Source: Desulfuromonadales bacterium
Lineage (GTDB): Bacteria; Desulfobacterota; Desulfuromonadia; Desulfuromonadales; SZUA-540
DNA length: 64,000 bases
Assembly: GCA_033549025.1 (NCBI GenBank)
Contig: JAWSUS010000002.1
Location: forward strand, 250,539 to 314,538
Direction: 5' to 3'
Positions 28,326 through 39,400 of this stretch are shown in pieces. Position numbers and translations under genes: made by a program. Within the stretch, counting starts at the first letter, position 1, and every line of letters begins with the position of its first letter. The notes below the pieces were generated by a model that did not search any database, was not told where the DNA came from, and saw only the letters and a list, made by a program, of their open reading frames with translations.

Positions 28326-29691
28326 GTACAACGATGCAGAGAGTCTTTGTACTCGACAATACCAAACAACCCCTTTCCCCTTGCTCGCCGGCACGGGCCA
28401 GAATGCTCCTGCGAAACGGAAAGGCGGCGGTGTATCGCCGCTACCCGTTCACTATTATTTTGAAGCACCGCACCGGCGGGGATGTGCAATCGGTCGAACT
28501 CAAGCTCGATCCGGGCGGCAAGACCACCGGTGTTGCCCTGGTAGGCAACCACGACTCCGCCAATACCGTTCTCTGGTGCGCGGAAGTGCACCACCGAGGC
28601 GCAGCCATCAAAAAAGCCCTCGAAAGCCGTCGGGCGATCCGGCGTTCACGGCGTCATCGCAAGACCCGCTACCGTGCGCCCCGGTTCGATAACCGGACTC
28701 GGCCACAAGGCTGGTTGCCACCGTCACTGCAGTCCAGAGTCAACAACGTCCTGACGCTGGCAAAGCGGCTGCAACGACTCTGCCCGATCACCAGCGTTGC
28801 GGTCGAAACGGTGAGGTTTGATTTGCAGAAAGCCGAGAACCCGGAGATTAGTGGCGTGGAATACCAGCAAGGGACGCTATTTGGTTACGAGGTTCGCGAG
28901 TATCTGTTGGAAAAATGGCAACGGCGTTGTGCTTATTGTGGGGACGAGAATGTGCCGCTGGAGATCGAGCATGTCGTTCCCAGAAGCAAAGGTGGCTCCA
29001 ACCGGATCAGTAATCTTACCCTGTCGTGTCGGGACTGCAACGAACGCAAAGGCAATCGGCCCGTGCAGGAATTTCTGGCTGACTGGCCGGAACAGCTCCA
29101 AAAGATCCTTGGTCAATTAAAGCGACCGCTCAATGATTCCGCTGCCGTCAACGCCACCCGCTACGCCATCGGCCATGCGGTTAAAACGCTGGGGCTACCC
29201 GTCTCTTTCTGGTCTGGCGGTCGGACCAAGTACAACCGCACTGGGCTGCACTATCCCAAGGCCCACTGGATTGACGCGGCATGTGTGGGTGAGTCTGGAG
29301 ATACCGTGCGATTGAAACCCGACCAGGCCCCTTTATCCATCACCGCCACGGGACGGGGCAGCCGTCAGATGTGCCGTATGGATCGCTTCGGCTTCCCCCG
29401 CACCAGCGCCAAGAGTGCTCGCTTCGTGCAGGGGTTTCGCACAGGTGACCAGGTTAAAGCCGTCGTTCCCTCCGGCAAAAGAGCCGGTCTGCACTTGGGC
29501 CGTGTCGCCGTTAGAACCAGCGGCAGATTCAATATCGCGACGGCCTCCGGAACGATCCAGGGCATATCTTACCGGCACTGCCGGATCGTGCATCAGGCTG
29601 ACGGCTACACCTATCAACCAAAGCCTTCCGTCTCACGACGGATCGCAATTCCTCCCCCGGTTGAAACCGGAGGTCTCCTTGTGAGGTTTCT
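28057..29691 (+). mobile_element. Non-autonomous IS200/IS605-superfamily IscB element
   Basis: Subterminal TGAA-loop hairpins CTGAC-TGAA-GTCAG and CCGGT-TGAA-ACCGG; omegaRNA plus iscB; no tnpA; lower GC than the flanks. Confidence 0.88.
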
Positions 29692-29695
29692 ATGA
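28334..29695 (+). CDS. iscB: RNA-guided endonuclease IscB
   Basis: VFVLD...PLSPC (PLMP), DPG RuvC-I, RRxRR bridge helix, VETVRFD RuvC-II, HNH with CxxC pairs, HWIDA RuvC-III. Confidence 0.93.
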   Translation: MQRVFVLDNTKQPLSPCSPARARMLLRNGKAAVYRRYPFTIILKHRTGGDVQSVELKLDPGGKTTGVALVGNHDSANTVLWCAEVHHRGAAIKKALESRRAIRRSRRHRKTRYRAPRFDNRTRPQGWLPPSLQSRVNNVLTLAKRLQRLCPITSVAVETVRFDLQKAENPEISGVEYQQGTLFGYEVREYLLEKWQRRCAYCGDENVPLEIEHVVPRSKGGSNRISNLTLSCRDCNERKGNRPVQEFLADWPEQLQKILGQLKRPLNDSAAVNATRYAIGHAVKTLGLPVSFWSGGRTKYNRTGLHYPKAHWIDAACVGESGDTVRLKPDQAPLSITATGRGSRQMCRMDRFGFPRTSAKSARFVQGFRTGDQVKAVVPSGKRAGLHLGRVAVRTSGRFNIATASGTIQGISYRHCRIVHQADGYTYQPKPSVSRRIAIPPPVETGGLLVRFL

Positions 29696-31683
29696 AAAAC
29701 CCCGACTTTAAAAATCCCGTCGTCCAGGCCTCCATCGATACCCTGCGCCTGCTGTCGGCGGATATGGTGGAACGGGCCAACTCCGGCCATCCGGGAACCC
29801 CCATGGAGGCGGCGCCGCTGGCCTATCTCCTCTTTCAGCGCCACCTGCGCCACAACCCCGCGAATCCGGCCTGGCCGGGCCGCGACCGTTTCATCCTCTC
29901 TTGCGGACATGCTTCGGCCCTGCTCTACAGTCTGCTGCACCTGAGCGGCTACGACCTTTCCCTCGATGACCTCAAAAACTTCCGCCAGCTCGACAGCCGT
30001 ACTCCCGGTCATCCCGAGTTCGGCCACACCCCGGGCGTCGAGACGACCACCGGGCCGCTAGGGCAGGGCTTCGCCGTCGGCGTCGGCATGGCCATGGGCG
30101 CTCGCCATCTCGCCGAAAGGATCGACGCCCGCCTCTTCGACACCCGCGTCTACACCCTCTGCTCCGACGGCGACCTCATGGAAGGGGTGGCGTCCGAGGC
30201 GGCGTCCCTGGCCGGGCATCTGCGCCTGGGCAACCTCATCTCTCTCTACCTCGACAACCGCATCACCATCGAGGGGGAAACCGACCTGGCTTTCAGCGAA
30301 GAGGTCGCCACGCGTTTTCTCGCCTACGGCTGGCAGGTCCTACGGGTGGAAGGGGAAAATCTGGCGGAAATCGACGCAGCCATCGAGGCGGCCAAGAACG
30401 AACCGCGCCCGTCCCTCATCATCGCCCGCACCCATATCGGCTTCGGCGCTCCCACCAAGCAGGACACCGCCGACGCCCACGGCGCCCCCCTCGGCGCCGA
30501 CGAACTGGCGCAGACCAAGCGGGCCTTCGGCCGCAAGCCCGACGAGCACTTTGGCATCCCCGCCAGTGTGCGCCAGCACATGGGTCAGGCCGTTCGCCGC
30601 GGCCGCGCCCTGGAGCGCCAGTGGACGCGCCGCTTCGACCGCCTGAACCAGTCCCTGCATTCCCCCCTGACGGCCTGGCTGCAGAGCCGCGGAGGCGGCC
30701 TGCCCGATGGCTGGGGGGAGGAGCTGCCGACTTTTGATCCCGCCGACGGCCCCATGGCCACCCGCAAGGCGAGCGGTATCGTCCTCAACGCCATGGCCGC
30801 CCGGCTCCCTCTGCTGTTGGGCGGCTCGGCCGACCTGGCCCCTTCCAACAACACCGAACTCAAGGGTGAAGCCGCCTTTCGTCCCGGCCACAGCGGCCGC
30901 AATATTCACTTCGGCGTCCGGGAGCACGCCATGGGCGCCATCCTCAACGGCCTATCCCACACCGACGGCCTCATCCCCTTCGGCGGCACCTTTCTCATCT
31001 TCTCCGAATACATGCGCCCGCCCATGCGGCTGGCCGCCATGATGGGGCTGGCCCCCGTCTACGTCTTTACCCACGATTCCATCGGCCTTGGCGAAGACGG
31101 CCCCACCCACCAGCCGGTGGAACAGCTTGCCGCCCTGCGCGCCGTGCCCAATCTCCGGGTCATCCGTCCCGGCGACGCCAACGAAACGGCAGTCGCCTGG
31201 CACGAGGCCATCGCGCACCGAAGCGGTCCCACCGCCCTCATCCTCTCCCGCCAGAACCTGCCCATTCTGGACCGCAGCACACTCGCCTCAGCCGAGGGTC
31301 TGCGGCGCGGCGGCTATGTGCTGGCCCGGGAAGACAGCGACCTGGACATCCTGCTGCTGGCCAGCGGCTCGGAAGTCCCTCTCGCCCTGCAGGCCCGCGA
31401 TATCCTGCAGCAGCAGGGGAAGGGGACCCGGGTCGTTTCTCTGCCCTGCTGGGAGCTCTTCGAGGCCCAGGATGAAACCTACCGCCGGCAGGTGCTGCCG
31501 CCTTCCTGTCAGCGGCGTCTCGCCGTGGAAGCAGCCAGCCCCTTCGGCTGGGAGCGCTACGTCGGCCTGCAGGGTGCCGTCATCGGCCTCGACGGCTACG
31601 GCGCCAGCGCCCCGGCTGACCAGCTTTTTGAGCGCTTCGGCTTCACGGCGGCCCAAATCGCCGCCCGCGCCCTGGCCCTGTAA
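29692..31683 (+). CDS. tkt: Transketolase
   Basis: [47 protein letters not shown]. Confidence 0.96.
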   Translation: MKNPDFKNPVVQASIDTLRLLSADMVERANSGHPGTPMEAAPLAYLLFQRHLRHNPANPAWPGRDRFILSCGHASALLYSLLHLSGYDLSLDDLKNFRQLDSRTPGHPEFGHTPGVETTTGPLGQGFAVGVGMAMGARHLAERIDARLFDTRVYTLCSDGDLMEGVASEAASLAGHLRLGNLISLYLDNRITIEGETDLAFSEEVATRFLAYGWQVLRVEGENLAEIDAAIEAAKNEPRPSLIIARTHIGFGAPTKQDTADAHGAPLGADELAQTKRAFGRKPDEHFGIPASVRQHMGQAVRRGRALERQWTRRFDRLNQSLHSPLTAWLQSRGGGLPDGWGEELPTFDPADGPMATRKASGIVLNAMAARLPLLLGGSADLAPSNNTELKGEAAFRPGHSGRNIHFGVREHAMGAILNGLSHTDGLIPFGGTFLIFSEYMRPPMRLAAMMGLAPVYVFTHDSIGLGEDGPTHQPVEQLAALRAVPNLRVIRPGDANETAVAWHEAIAHRSGPTALILSRQNLPILDRSTLASAEGLRRGGYVLAREDSDLDILLLASGSEVPLALQARDILQQQGKGTRVVSLPCWELFEAQDETYRRQVLPPSCQRRLAVEAASPFGWERYVGLQGAVIGLDGYGASAPADQLFERFGFTAAQIAARALAL

Positions 31684-31800
31684 ACCTTTTCGCGGCGACA
31701 GCGTCTAATGAAACAAAATCACCGTGGCTGCAGCCGCCGGTCTTTAAACGACGAGCGCCGCCGCGTTGACAGTTGAAGACCCTGGGGATACTCTCTGCGC

Positions 31801-32388
31801 ATGGATGAAGGTACGGAAAAAATTCTCCTCGAGCAGATACGCCAGGGCAATGATCGCGCTTTTGAACAGCTGGTTCAGGGCCATGCCGCGCAGATACTGT
31901 CCCTGGCCACCCGTCTCATCGGTGACCGCGACGAGGCCGAGGATATTGCCCAGGAAGCCTTCCTGCGATTGCACCGCTCGCTGGGAACCTTTCGCGGCGA
32001 CAGCAAAATATCGACCTGGCTCTACCGCACCGTCAGCCGCCTGGCCATCGACCACCTGCGAAGGGAGCAGAGGCGACGGAAGCTGTTCTTTTTCCGTAAA
32101 AGCGACGACGAAGAGCAGCCCGATCCGGTTGAAAGCGCCGCGGCACCCGATCCTTCGCCACGGGAGGCGCTGCTGGCGCAAGAGACGCAGCGACGCCTCA
32201 ACACCGTGCTGAAAAAACTCTCGCCCCGTCAGCGGGCCGTCTTCATCCTGCGTCACCAGGAGGAGCTGCCGCTGAAGGAGATTGCCCGGATACTTGAATT
32301 GGAAGAGGGAACGGTCAAGGCCCATCTGCACCGCGCCGTCACCGTCCTGCGCCACGAACTGCACGATCTGAAGGAAGGTTCGCCATGA
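31801..32388 (+). CDS. ECF sigma factor
   Basis: AEDIAQEAF, STWLYR, GTVKAHLHRA. Confidence 0.9.
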   Translation: MDEGTEKILLEQIRQGNDRAFEQLVQGHAAQILSLATRLIGDRDEAEDIAQEAFLRLHRSLGTFRGDSKISTWLYRTVSRLAIDHLRREQRRRKLFFFRKSDDEEQPDPVESAAAPDPSPREALLAQETQRRLNTVLKKLSPRQRAVFILRHQEELPLKEIARILELEEGTVKAHLHRAVTVLRHELHDLKEGSP

Positions 32389-32855
32389 CCAGAGACGACA
32401 CAGGGCGCTGCCCGGAAGAGGAACTCACCCTCTATTATTATGGGGAGCTGGAACCGGCCGAGCGCGGCGCCATCGACAAACACCTGGAAGGCTGTGCCGC
32501 CTGTCGCCAGCAGCTGGCCGCCCTGGAACCGCTGCTTGGCGCGCTGCCGAAGCCGGTCATCGAACTGAGTACCGAAGAAAAACAACGCTTCAGCGCCCAG
32601 GTCATGGAATGCCTCGACCGGCGGCAAAAGCGGCGCTTTTTACCCCTCTTCGGCGGCGGCCTCGCCACGGCGGCGGCCGTGCTCCTGCTCCTGCTCAATA
32701 CCGGCTCGCCCCCCGATTTGGCCCCACCGGCCGGCAGCAACGGCCTGGTCGCCGAATTGGAGGGACTGCCGGAGATGGAGCTTCTGCGCAACCTGGAGAT
32801 TCTGGAGGAATTCGAGCTGCTGCAGGAACTGGGGGACATGAATGACCATGCCTGA
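32385..32855 (+). CDS. Zinc-finger (HxxxCxxC) anti-sigma factor
   Basis: HLEGCAAC, single TM segment, overlap with the sigma factor. Confidence 0.85.
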   Translation: MTRDDTGRCPEEELTLYYYGELEPAERGAIDKHLEGCAACRQQLAALEPLLGALPKPVIELSTEEKQRFSAQVMECLDRRQKRRFLPLFGGGLATAAAVLLLLLNTGSPPDLAPPAGSNGLVAELEGLPEMELLRNLEILEEFELLQELGDMNDHA

Positions 32856-33069
32856 ACGGACGCTCACTTTTCTTCTGCTGCTGGCGTCCCTGCTGCTCTT
32901 CCCCGGCGCCTTGCCGGCGGCAGAGACCGTTACCAGAGATAAAAAGCCGGCCGAGGAAGAACCTCTGAACGCTACGGATCGTGATATCGTCGAGATGCTT
33001 GAGCTACTGCAAATGCTCGAACTGCTACAGAATATGGAAGTGCTGGCCATGGTGGAGGAGAGCGAATGA
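32848..33069 (+). CDS. Small exported hypothetical protein
   Basis: Signal peptide; translationally coupled on both sides. Confidence 0.65.
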   Translation: MPERTLTFLLLLASLLLFPGALPAAETVTRDKKPAEEEPLNATDRDIVEMLELLQMLELLQNMEVLAMVEESE

Positions 33070-33584
33070 AACGTATAGGAATGGCCCTTTTGCTGCTGAT
33101 GGCTATGCTTGGGCTGGCCGGGCCGGTTCTGGCCGACTCGCCGCCCCCGGCGGCCGCACCGACCACCGAGCGCCAGCAGGCCCTGGAGCGCTGGCAGAAT
33201 CTTTCGGACGCCGAACGCCAGCAACTGCGCGAACGTTACCAGCAGTTTCAGGCTCTGCCCGCCGAGGAGCAGGAGCTGCTGCGCCAGCGTCTGCAACAGT
33301 TCCGTCAGGCGCCGCCCGAAAAAAAGCAGCTGCTGCGCGAACGCTTTCAGCGCTGGCAGCAGCTCTCCGCCGAGCAGCGTGAGCAGCTGCGCGCCACCTA
33401 CCAGCGGTTCCAGTCGCTGCCCTCCGAAGAGCGCCAGCAGCTGCGGCAGGAGATGGAGGAATTGCGCTCCCTGCCCACCAATCAGCGCCCGCAGCGCCGA
33501 CAGGAAATCCGCCAGCGCTACTTCGGTAGCCCGGCGATACGCTCCGGCGGCGGCTCCCGCCATAACGGCGGCATGCACCGATGA
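33066..33584 (+). CDS. DUF3106-like periplasmic helical repeat protein
   Basis: Signal peptide and repeats WQNLSDAERQQLRERYQQF. Confidence 0.8.
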   Translation: MKRIGMALLLLMAMLGLAGPVLADSPPPAAAPTTERQQALERWQNLSDAERQQLRERYQQFQALPAEEQELLRQRLQQFRQAPPEKKQLLRERFQRWQQLSAEQREQLRATYQRFQSLPSEERQQLRQEMEELRSLPTNQRPQRRQEIRQRYFGSPAIRSGGGSRHNGGMHR

Positions 33585-34570
33585 CGGGGCCGACCCGTCC
33601 CGCCCCCAAAGCCATGGCCCCCCGTTATGCGGTGCAGGGGGGCTTTTTGCTGTTCTACCTGTGGATCGGCTGGCGCTTCGCTCTCTGGGCCGCCGCCATG
33701 GCCGGCAGCCAGACGCCCGCCATGGCCCGTCCCGCCGCCGTTGACGGTTTTTTGCCCATCAGCGGCCTCATGGGACTGCGGCACTGGGCGCAGACCGGCG
33801 AACTGCACCCCGTCCACCCCGCCGCCGCCCTCATTCTGCTGGCCGCCATCCTCAGCGCCCTCCTGCTCAAGCGCGGCTTCTGCTCCTGGGTCTGCCCCAT
33901 CTTCCCGCTGTCGGAAGGGCTATGGCGCCTGGGAAAACGCCTGACCGGACGGACTTTCGCTCCCCCCTTCTGGCTCGACCTGCCCCTGCGCAGCCTCAAA
34001 TACCTGCTTCTCGGTTTTTTCGTCTATCAGATCCTCTGGATGATGCCTCTGCCCGCCCTGCGGGCGTTTTTGTCCTCCCCCTACCACAAGATCGCCGACG
34101 TGCGCCTGCTGCACTTCTTCCAGGATCCGTCCCTGACCTTTCTCGCTTTTCTCACCCTCATGGCTCTGCTCAGCCTCTTCGTGCAGATGCCCTGGTGCCG
34201 CTACCTCTGCCCCTACGGCGCTCTCCTCGGCCTCTTCTCCCTGCTGTCCCTCAGCAAGATTCGCCGCAACGAGCGCCATTGCATCCGCTGCGGCCTCTGC
34301 TCCTCCCGCTGCACCGCCTGGCTGCCGGTCATGCACAAGCGCACCATCCGCTCGGCCGAGTGCTATGGCTGCTACCGCTGCGTGCAAGGCTGCCCAGCCC
34401 CGGGCGCCCTGCAAATGCAGGCCGGCGGACGACCCATCCCTTCCGTCTTTTTCGGCCTGGCCGTCGTTGCCCTATTCGTCGTCGTCTGCCTAGCTGGACG
34501 TTTCAGCGGCCACTGGCACAGCCAGGTTCCGCTGCAGGAAATCTCCCACTGGCTGCAGCTCCCCCGCTGA
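33581..34570 (+). CDS. Membrane 4Fe-4S protein (NapH/MauN-like)
   Basis: FCSWVCP, WCRYLCPYG, two CxxCxxCxxxC motifs. Confidence 0.85.
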   Translation: MTGPTRPAPKAMAPRYAVQGGFLLFYLWIGWRFALWAAAMAGSQTPAMARPAAVDGFLPISGLMGLRHWAQTGELHPVHPAAALILLAAILSALLLKRGFCSWVCPIFPLSEGLWRLGKRLTGRTFAPPFWLDLPLRSLKYLLLGFFVYQILWMMPLPALRAFLSSPYHKIADVRLLHFFQDPSLTFLAFLTLMALLSLFVQMPWCRYLCPYGALLGLFSLLSLSKIRRNERHCIRCGLCSSRCTAWLPVMHKRTIRSAECYGCYRCVQGCPAPGALQMQAGGRPIPSVFFGLAVVALFVVVCLAGRFSGHWHSQVPLQEISHWLQLPR

Positions 34571-34609
34571 ATCGTGCCCTACTTCGGCCGCGTACGTCAT
34601 TTTCATCCC

Positions 34610-34638
34610 TTGACATACGCCAAACTTACGCCTATAAC
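34610..34638 (+). promoter_or_regulatory. sigma70 promoter of the lexA cassette with TACGCC direct repeat in the spacer
   Basis: TTGACA-TACGCCAAACTTACGCC-TATAAC. Confidence 0.7.
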
Positions 34639-34668
34639 TAGGGGCATCCCCAGCAGAAAGGAGGCCCC

Positions 34669-35271
34669 ATGAGTCCGCTGACGCCGAAGCAGAAACAGAT
34701 ATTCGACTACATCCGCAGCCACCTCGACCAGCACGGCTACGCCCCCACCCAACAGGAAATCGCCCGCGCCTTCGGCTTCTCGTCTCTGGGCACGGTGCAG
34801 AACTACCTCAGGCGCCTGGAACGGGACGGCTATCTGGCCCGCGACTGGAACGCCCGCCGCGGCGCCCGCCCCCTGGCCCAGCGGCGCGACAGCTGGGAAC
34901 TCCCTCTCGCCGGCTGGGTGGCCGCCGGCAAGCCCATCGAGGCGGTGGAACAGCAGGAGAGTATTGAGGTGCCCCCAGCCATGCTCGGCCCCGGTGAACA
35001 TTTCGTCCTGCGCGTCAAGGGGGATTCCATGATCGGCGACGGCATCCTCGACGGCGATTACGTCATCGTGCGCAAGCAGACCGAGGCCGTCAGCGGCCAG
35101 ACCGTCGTCGCCCTCATCGACAACGAGGCGACGGTCAAGCGCCTCTACCGCAAGGGAACCGCCATCGAACTGCACCCGGCCAACCCGGCCATGGCTCCCA
35201 TCCCGGTCGACCCCACGGACGATTTTCGCCTCGAAGGGGTGGTGGTCGGCGTCATCCGCCACTGCGCCTGA
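34669..35271 (+). CDS. lexA: SOS repressor LexA
   Basis: wHTH (PTQQEIA), VAAG cleavage site, GDSM, TVK. Confidence 0.93.
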   Translation: MSPLTPKQKQIFDYIRSHLDQHGYAPTQQEIARAFGFSSLGTVQNYLRRLERDGYLARDWNARRGARPLAQRRDSWELPLAGWVAAGKPIEAVEQQESIEVPPAMLGPGEHFVLRVKGDSMIGDGILDGDYVIVRKQTEAVSGQTVVALIDNEATVKRLYRKGTAIELHPANPAMAPIPVDPTDDFRLEGVVVGVIRHCA

Positions 35272-35299
35272 AGACCGGGGCCGACTTCGCCCCGCCAAT

Positions 35300-36484
35300 A
35301 TGTCCCGCGATATCCTGCACCTGCATATTCCCGACTTTGCCGTCGCCGTCGCCCGTGTCATCGACCCGGCGCTGCGGCAACGCCCCGTCGCTCTCGCCCC
35401 CGGCGCCTCGGAGCGCGCCTTGCTGCAATGCGTCTCCGCCGAGGGACGCGCCGAAGGCCTCGCCCCCGGCATGGCCGTCCGGATGGCCAGACGGCTGTGC
35501 CCGCGTCTCATCCTCATCCCGCCCGACCCGGCCGCCCTGTTCCGGGCCGAGGCGGCCCTCTGCCGCCTCGGCGCCGAGGTCTCCCCGCTTATCGAACCGG
35601 AAGTGGCCGGCCGCCTCTACCTCGACATCTCAGGGAGCGGCCGCCTGCTCGGGCCCGGCCGCGATGTCGCTGCCCGTCTGGAAGGGGAAATCGACCGGCA
35701 GCTGCGCCTGAGCGGGGCCGTTGGCCTGGCCGGCAACAAGCTGGTGGCCCGTATCGCCGCCGGCTATCTGGAACGTCCCGGCGTCTGCGACGTCCTGCGC
35801 GGCAGCGAGGCGCCCTTCATCAGCTCCCTGCCCGTCAGTGTTCTGCCCGGCGTGGGACAGGCCCGCGCCACCCTGCTGCTGCGCGAACTCGACCTGCGCC
35901 GCGTGGGGGATTTGGCTGAGCTTTCCCTGGACGAGCTGCGCCTGCTCTTCGGCGGCTTCGCCCCTCTGCTGCGCCAGCGCGCCTGCGGCATCGACCCCTC
36001 GCCGGTGAGCCCGCCGGCCCGGACGCCGGAGATCAGAGAGCAGGCCTTTCTGCCCCAGGCCGACAACAACGACGAAGCCCTGCTCGCCGCTCTCGCCCGT
36101 CTGGTGGAACGCTGCGCCTATCGTCTGCGTCAGCGCGGGCAAGGGGCCGGCGTCCTGGTGCTGACCCTCTATTACGAGGACGGCGTCACCGCCCGCCGCA
36201 GCCGCCGCCTGCCCAACCCTGCCGCCGCCGACAGCGTCCTCATGGAAGCGGCGGAAGCCCTCTTCTACGCCACCAGCCAGCGTCGCGTGCGTCTCAAGGG
36301 GATGCGCCTGGCCTGCCGGGAGCTGGGTACGGCCCGGCAGCTCGACCTTTTCGCGCCGGCCGGCGGAGAGCCTTCACGGCAGGAAAGCACCTTACTGCAG
36401 GCCCTCGACCAGCTGCGCCAGCGCCACGGCGTGGACGTCGTCCGGCGCGGCCGCACACTGCTCGCTCCCCACCTGGAGGGCTGA
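35300..36484 (+). CDS. imuB: ImuB-like inactive Y-family polymerase
   Basis: DinB-like fold with degenerate catalytic acidic motifs (HLHIPDF, EVAGRLYLD); QLDLF clamp motif. Confidence 0.8.
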   Translation: MSRDILHLHIPDFAVAVARVIDPALRQRPVALAPGASERALLQCVSAEGRAEGLAPGMAVRMARRLCPRLILIPPDPAALFRAEAALCRLGAEVSPLIEPEVAGRLYLDISGSGRLLGPGRDVAARLEGEIDRQLRLSGAVGLAGNKLVARIAAGYLERPGVCDVLRGSEAPFISSLPVSVLPGVGQARATLLLRELDLRRVGDLAELSLDELRLLFGGFAPLLRQRACGIDPSPVSPPARTPEIREQAFLPQADNNDEALLAALARLVERCAYRLRQRGQGAGVLVLTLYYEDGVTARRSRRLPNPAAADSVLMEAAEALFYATSQRRVRLKGMRLACRELGTARQLDLFAPAGGEPSRQESTLLQALDQLRQRHGVDVVRRGRTLLAPHLEG

Positions 36485-36488
36485 AATC

Positions 36489-39400
36489 ATGCCCTTCGTC
36501 CATCTCCACTGCCAGTCGTCCTTCTCCCCCGGCTGGGGCGTCCACACGCCCGCCGCCCTCTGCGAACGCGCCGCCGCCCTCGGCCTGACGCACCTGGCCC
36601 TGACGGATCGCAACGGCCTGTATGGCATCCCCCATTTTCTCGAACAGGCCAGGACACGTGGTCTCAAACCCATCATCGGCGCCGAAGCGGTCAGCGGCCG
36701 CCACCGCGCCGTCCTGCTGGTCCGCACCACCGAGGGATACGCCAACCTCTGCCAGCTCCTCTCCGATTTGCATACCCAGGCCGGATTCTCCTTGCCCGAA
36801 GCTCTTCTATGCCGCCGCCAGGGCCTCACCGTCCTCAGTGACGACGGCGATCTGCTGACCGCTCTGGCCGCGCAGGACCGCCACCACCTCTATGTAGAGA
36901 TCTCCCCCGGCCACGCCATGGAGGCGACCCTGGCCCGCGCCCGCCACCTGCGCCTGCCGCCGGTGGCCACGGCCCGGACCCTGCTGCTGGAGGCGGCTGA
37001 CTTCCCCCTCCACCGCGTGTTGCGGGCCATCGCCCTCAACCGTACCCTGTCGCGCCTGCGTCCTGAAGAGACGGCCTGCCAACGCGACCGGCTCTACAGC
37101 GCGCCGGAGATGGCGAGCCTCTTCCCCCACTGTCCGCTGGCCGTGGAGAACAGCCAGAAAATCGCCGCCGACTGCTACACGGACTGGGACTTCTCCACCA
37201 CCGTCTTCCCCCGCTTTCGCGACCTCGACGACGGCGCCGCCGCGCTGGAACTGCGCCGTCGCGCTCACCGGGGGGCACGGCGTCGCTACGGCGAACTGAC
37301 GGAGGTGGTTCACCAGCGCCTGCACAAAGAGCTGGCCATCATCGAGGCCAAGGGCTTCGCCCACTACTTTCTGGTGGTGGAAGAACTGGCCCGCCTGTCG
37401 CCGCGCACCTGCGGACGCGGCAGCGCCGCCGCCTCTCTGGTCGCCTACTGCCTGCAGATCACCCACGTCGACCCCATCCGCCACAACCTCTTTTTCGAGC
37501 GCTTTCTCAACGCCGAACGGGTCGATCCGCCCGATATCGACATCGACTTCCCCTGGGACGAGCGCGACGCCGTCCTCGATGCCGCCTTCGCCCGCTACGG
37601 CAGCCGCCGCGCCGCCATGGTCGGCGCCCACATCGGTTTTAGGGGCCGCGCCGCCCTGCGCGAAGTGGCCAAGGTCTACGGTCTGCCCGAGGCCGATATC
37701 GGTGCCATGACCGAACGCATCTCCGGCTACTGGAAAGCTGAGCAGACGGCGGGCGCCGTCACCAGCCACCCCCTCTTTCGCGACGCCCCCCTGTCGCCGG
37801 AATGGCAGGAGATCCTCGCCGTCGCCCGGCGCCTGCAGGGGCAGATGCGCCACCTCGCCCTGCACTGCGGCGGCCTGGTCATCGTGCCGGAGGACATCCG
37901 CCGCCACGTCCCCGTCGAGATGGCCGCCAAGGGCCGACCCGTCATCCAGTGGGAGAAGGACCAGGCCGAAGCGGCGGGGCTGGTCAAGATCGACATCCTC
38001 GGCAACCGTTCCCTCGCCGTCATTCGCGACGCGGCCGCCGCCATCCGCGCCCACGGCGGCCCCGACCTCGACCCCGCCCGCTGGTCTCCCCTCGACGATG
38101 CGCCTACCCGGCAGCTGCTGCAGCGGGGCGACAGCATGGGCTGCTTCTACATCGAGTCGCCAGCCACCCGCCAGCTGCTGCGCAAGATGTGGCAGGGGCA
38201 GGCCAACGGCCAGCTCGGCGCCGAAGAGCTCTTCGAGCACCTGGTCATGGCTTCTTCCATCATTCGCCCGGCGGCCAACCGCTACATCCGCGAATTCGTC
38301 GCCCGCCTGCACGGCAAGCCCTGGCGTTGCCTGCACCCGCTGCTGGAGAGCGTCCTTGGCGAAACCTACGGCATGGCCATCTACCAGGAGCAGATCACCC
38401 AGATGGCCATGGCCCTGGCCGACTTCACCCCCTTCGAGGGGGATCAGCTGCGCAAGATCATCAGCAAGAAACATCCGGGCCAGAAGCTGGCGGATTATCG
38501 TCAGAAGTTCTTTCAGGGGGGAAAAAAGAAGGGACTGTCACCGGAACTGCTGGAGCAGGCCTGGCAGGAGGTGCTCTCCTTCGCCGGCTACTCGTTCTGC
38601 AAGCCGCACTCGGCCTCCTACGCCTTGGTCAGCTGCCAGTCGGCCTGGCTCAAGACCCATTACCCGGCCGAGTTCATGGCCGCCGTCATCTCCAACCAGG
38701 GCGGCTACTATTCACCGCTGGCCTATCTGTCGGAGGCACGGCGGCTCGGCCTGCGCATCCTGCCGCCCGACATCAATGCCAGCGACCGGGCCTATCGAGG
38801 GGAGGGCCGCGAGCTGCGCATCGGCCTCATTCAGATTAGCGGGCTGTCGCGGGGAACATTGAAGGGGATTGTGGCAGAGCGGGAGCGGGGCGGGGATTTC
38901 AATAGTTTCGGTGATTTTCTGCGGCGGGTCGCCGTGCCGGTGGAGGACGGTCGCCTGCTCATCAAGGCCGGCTGCTTCGATGCCTTGGAGGGCAGGGAGG
39001 CGCGTGCCGATCTGCTGTGGCAGCTTCTGCGCGGCCGCAGCCAGACGCCGCTGGCCGCCAGCGGCTTGCTGTTTGCGGAAGAGCCGCGCCGCCAGATGGC
39101 CAGGCCGGCTCTCAGCGCCGACGAGATAGAGCGTCAGGAGGTGGAGGTTCTGGGGATGCCCATATCCCGCCACCCGCTCAGCCGCCACCGCACCTTGCTG
39201 GCACGTCACCAGACCATCGCCGCCGCCGACCTCCCCCGCTGGGTCGGCCGCCACGTCAGCCTCGCCGCCTGGTGGGTGACGGGGAAGGTGGTACAGACCG
39301 CCAAGGGGCAGCCCATGGAGTTCATCTCCTTCGAAGACAGCACCGCCATTTTCGATACCACCTTCTTCCCCCGCGCCTACGCCCGCTTCTGCCGCCTGCT

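Noticed and set aside
28235..28333. N-terminal extension of IscB shown in the ORF track
   Set aside because: It lies within the omegaRNA; the PLMP domain starts at ATG 28334 after AAAGG.
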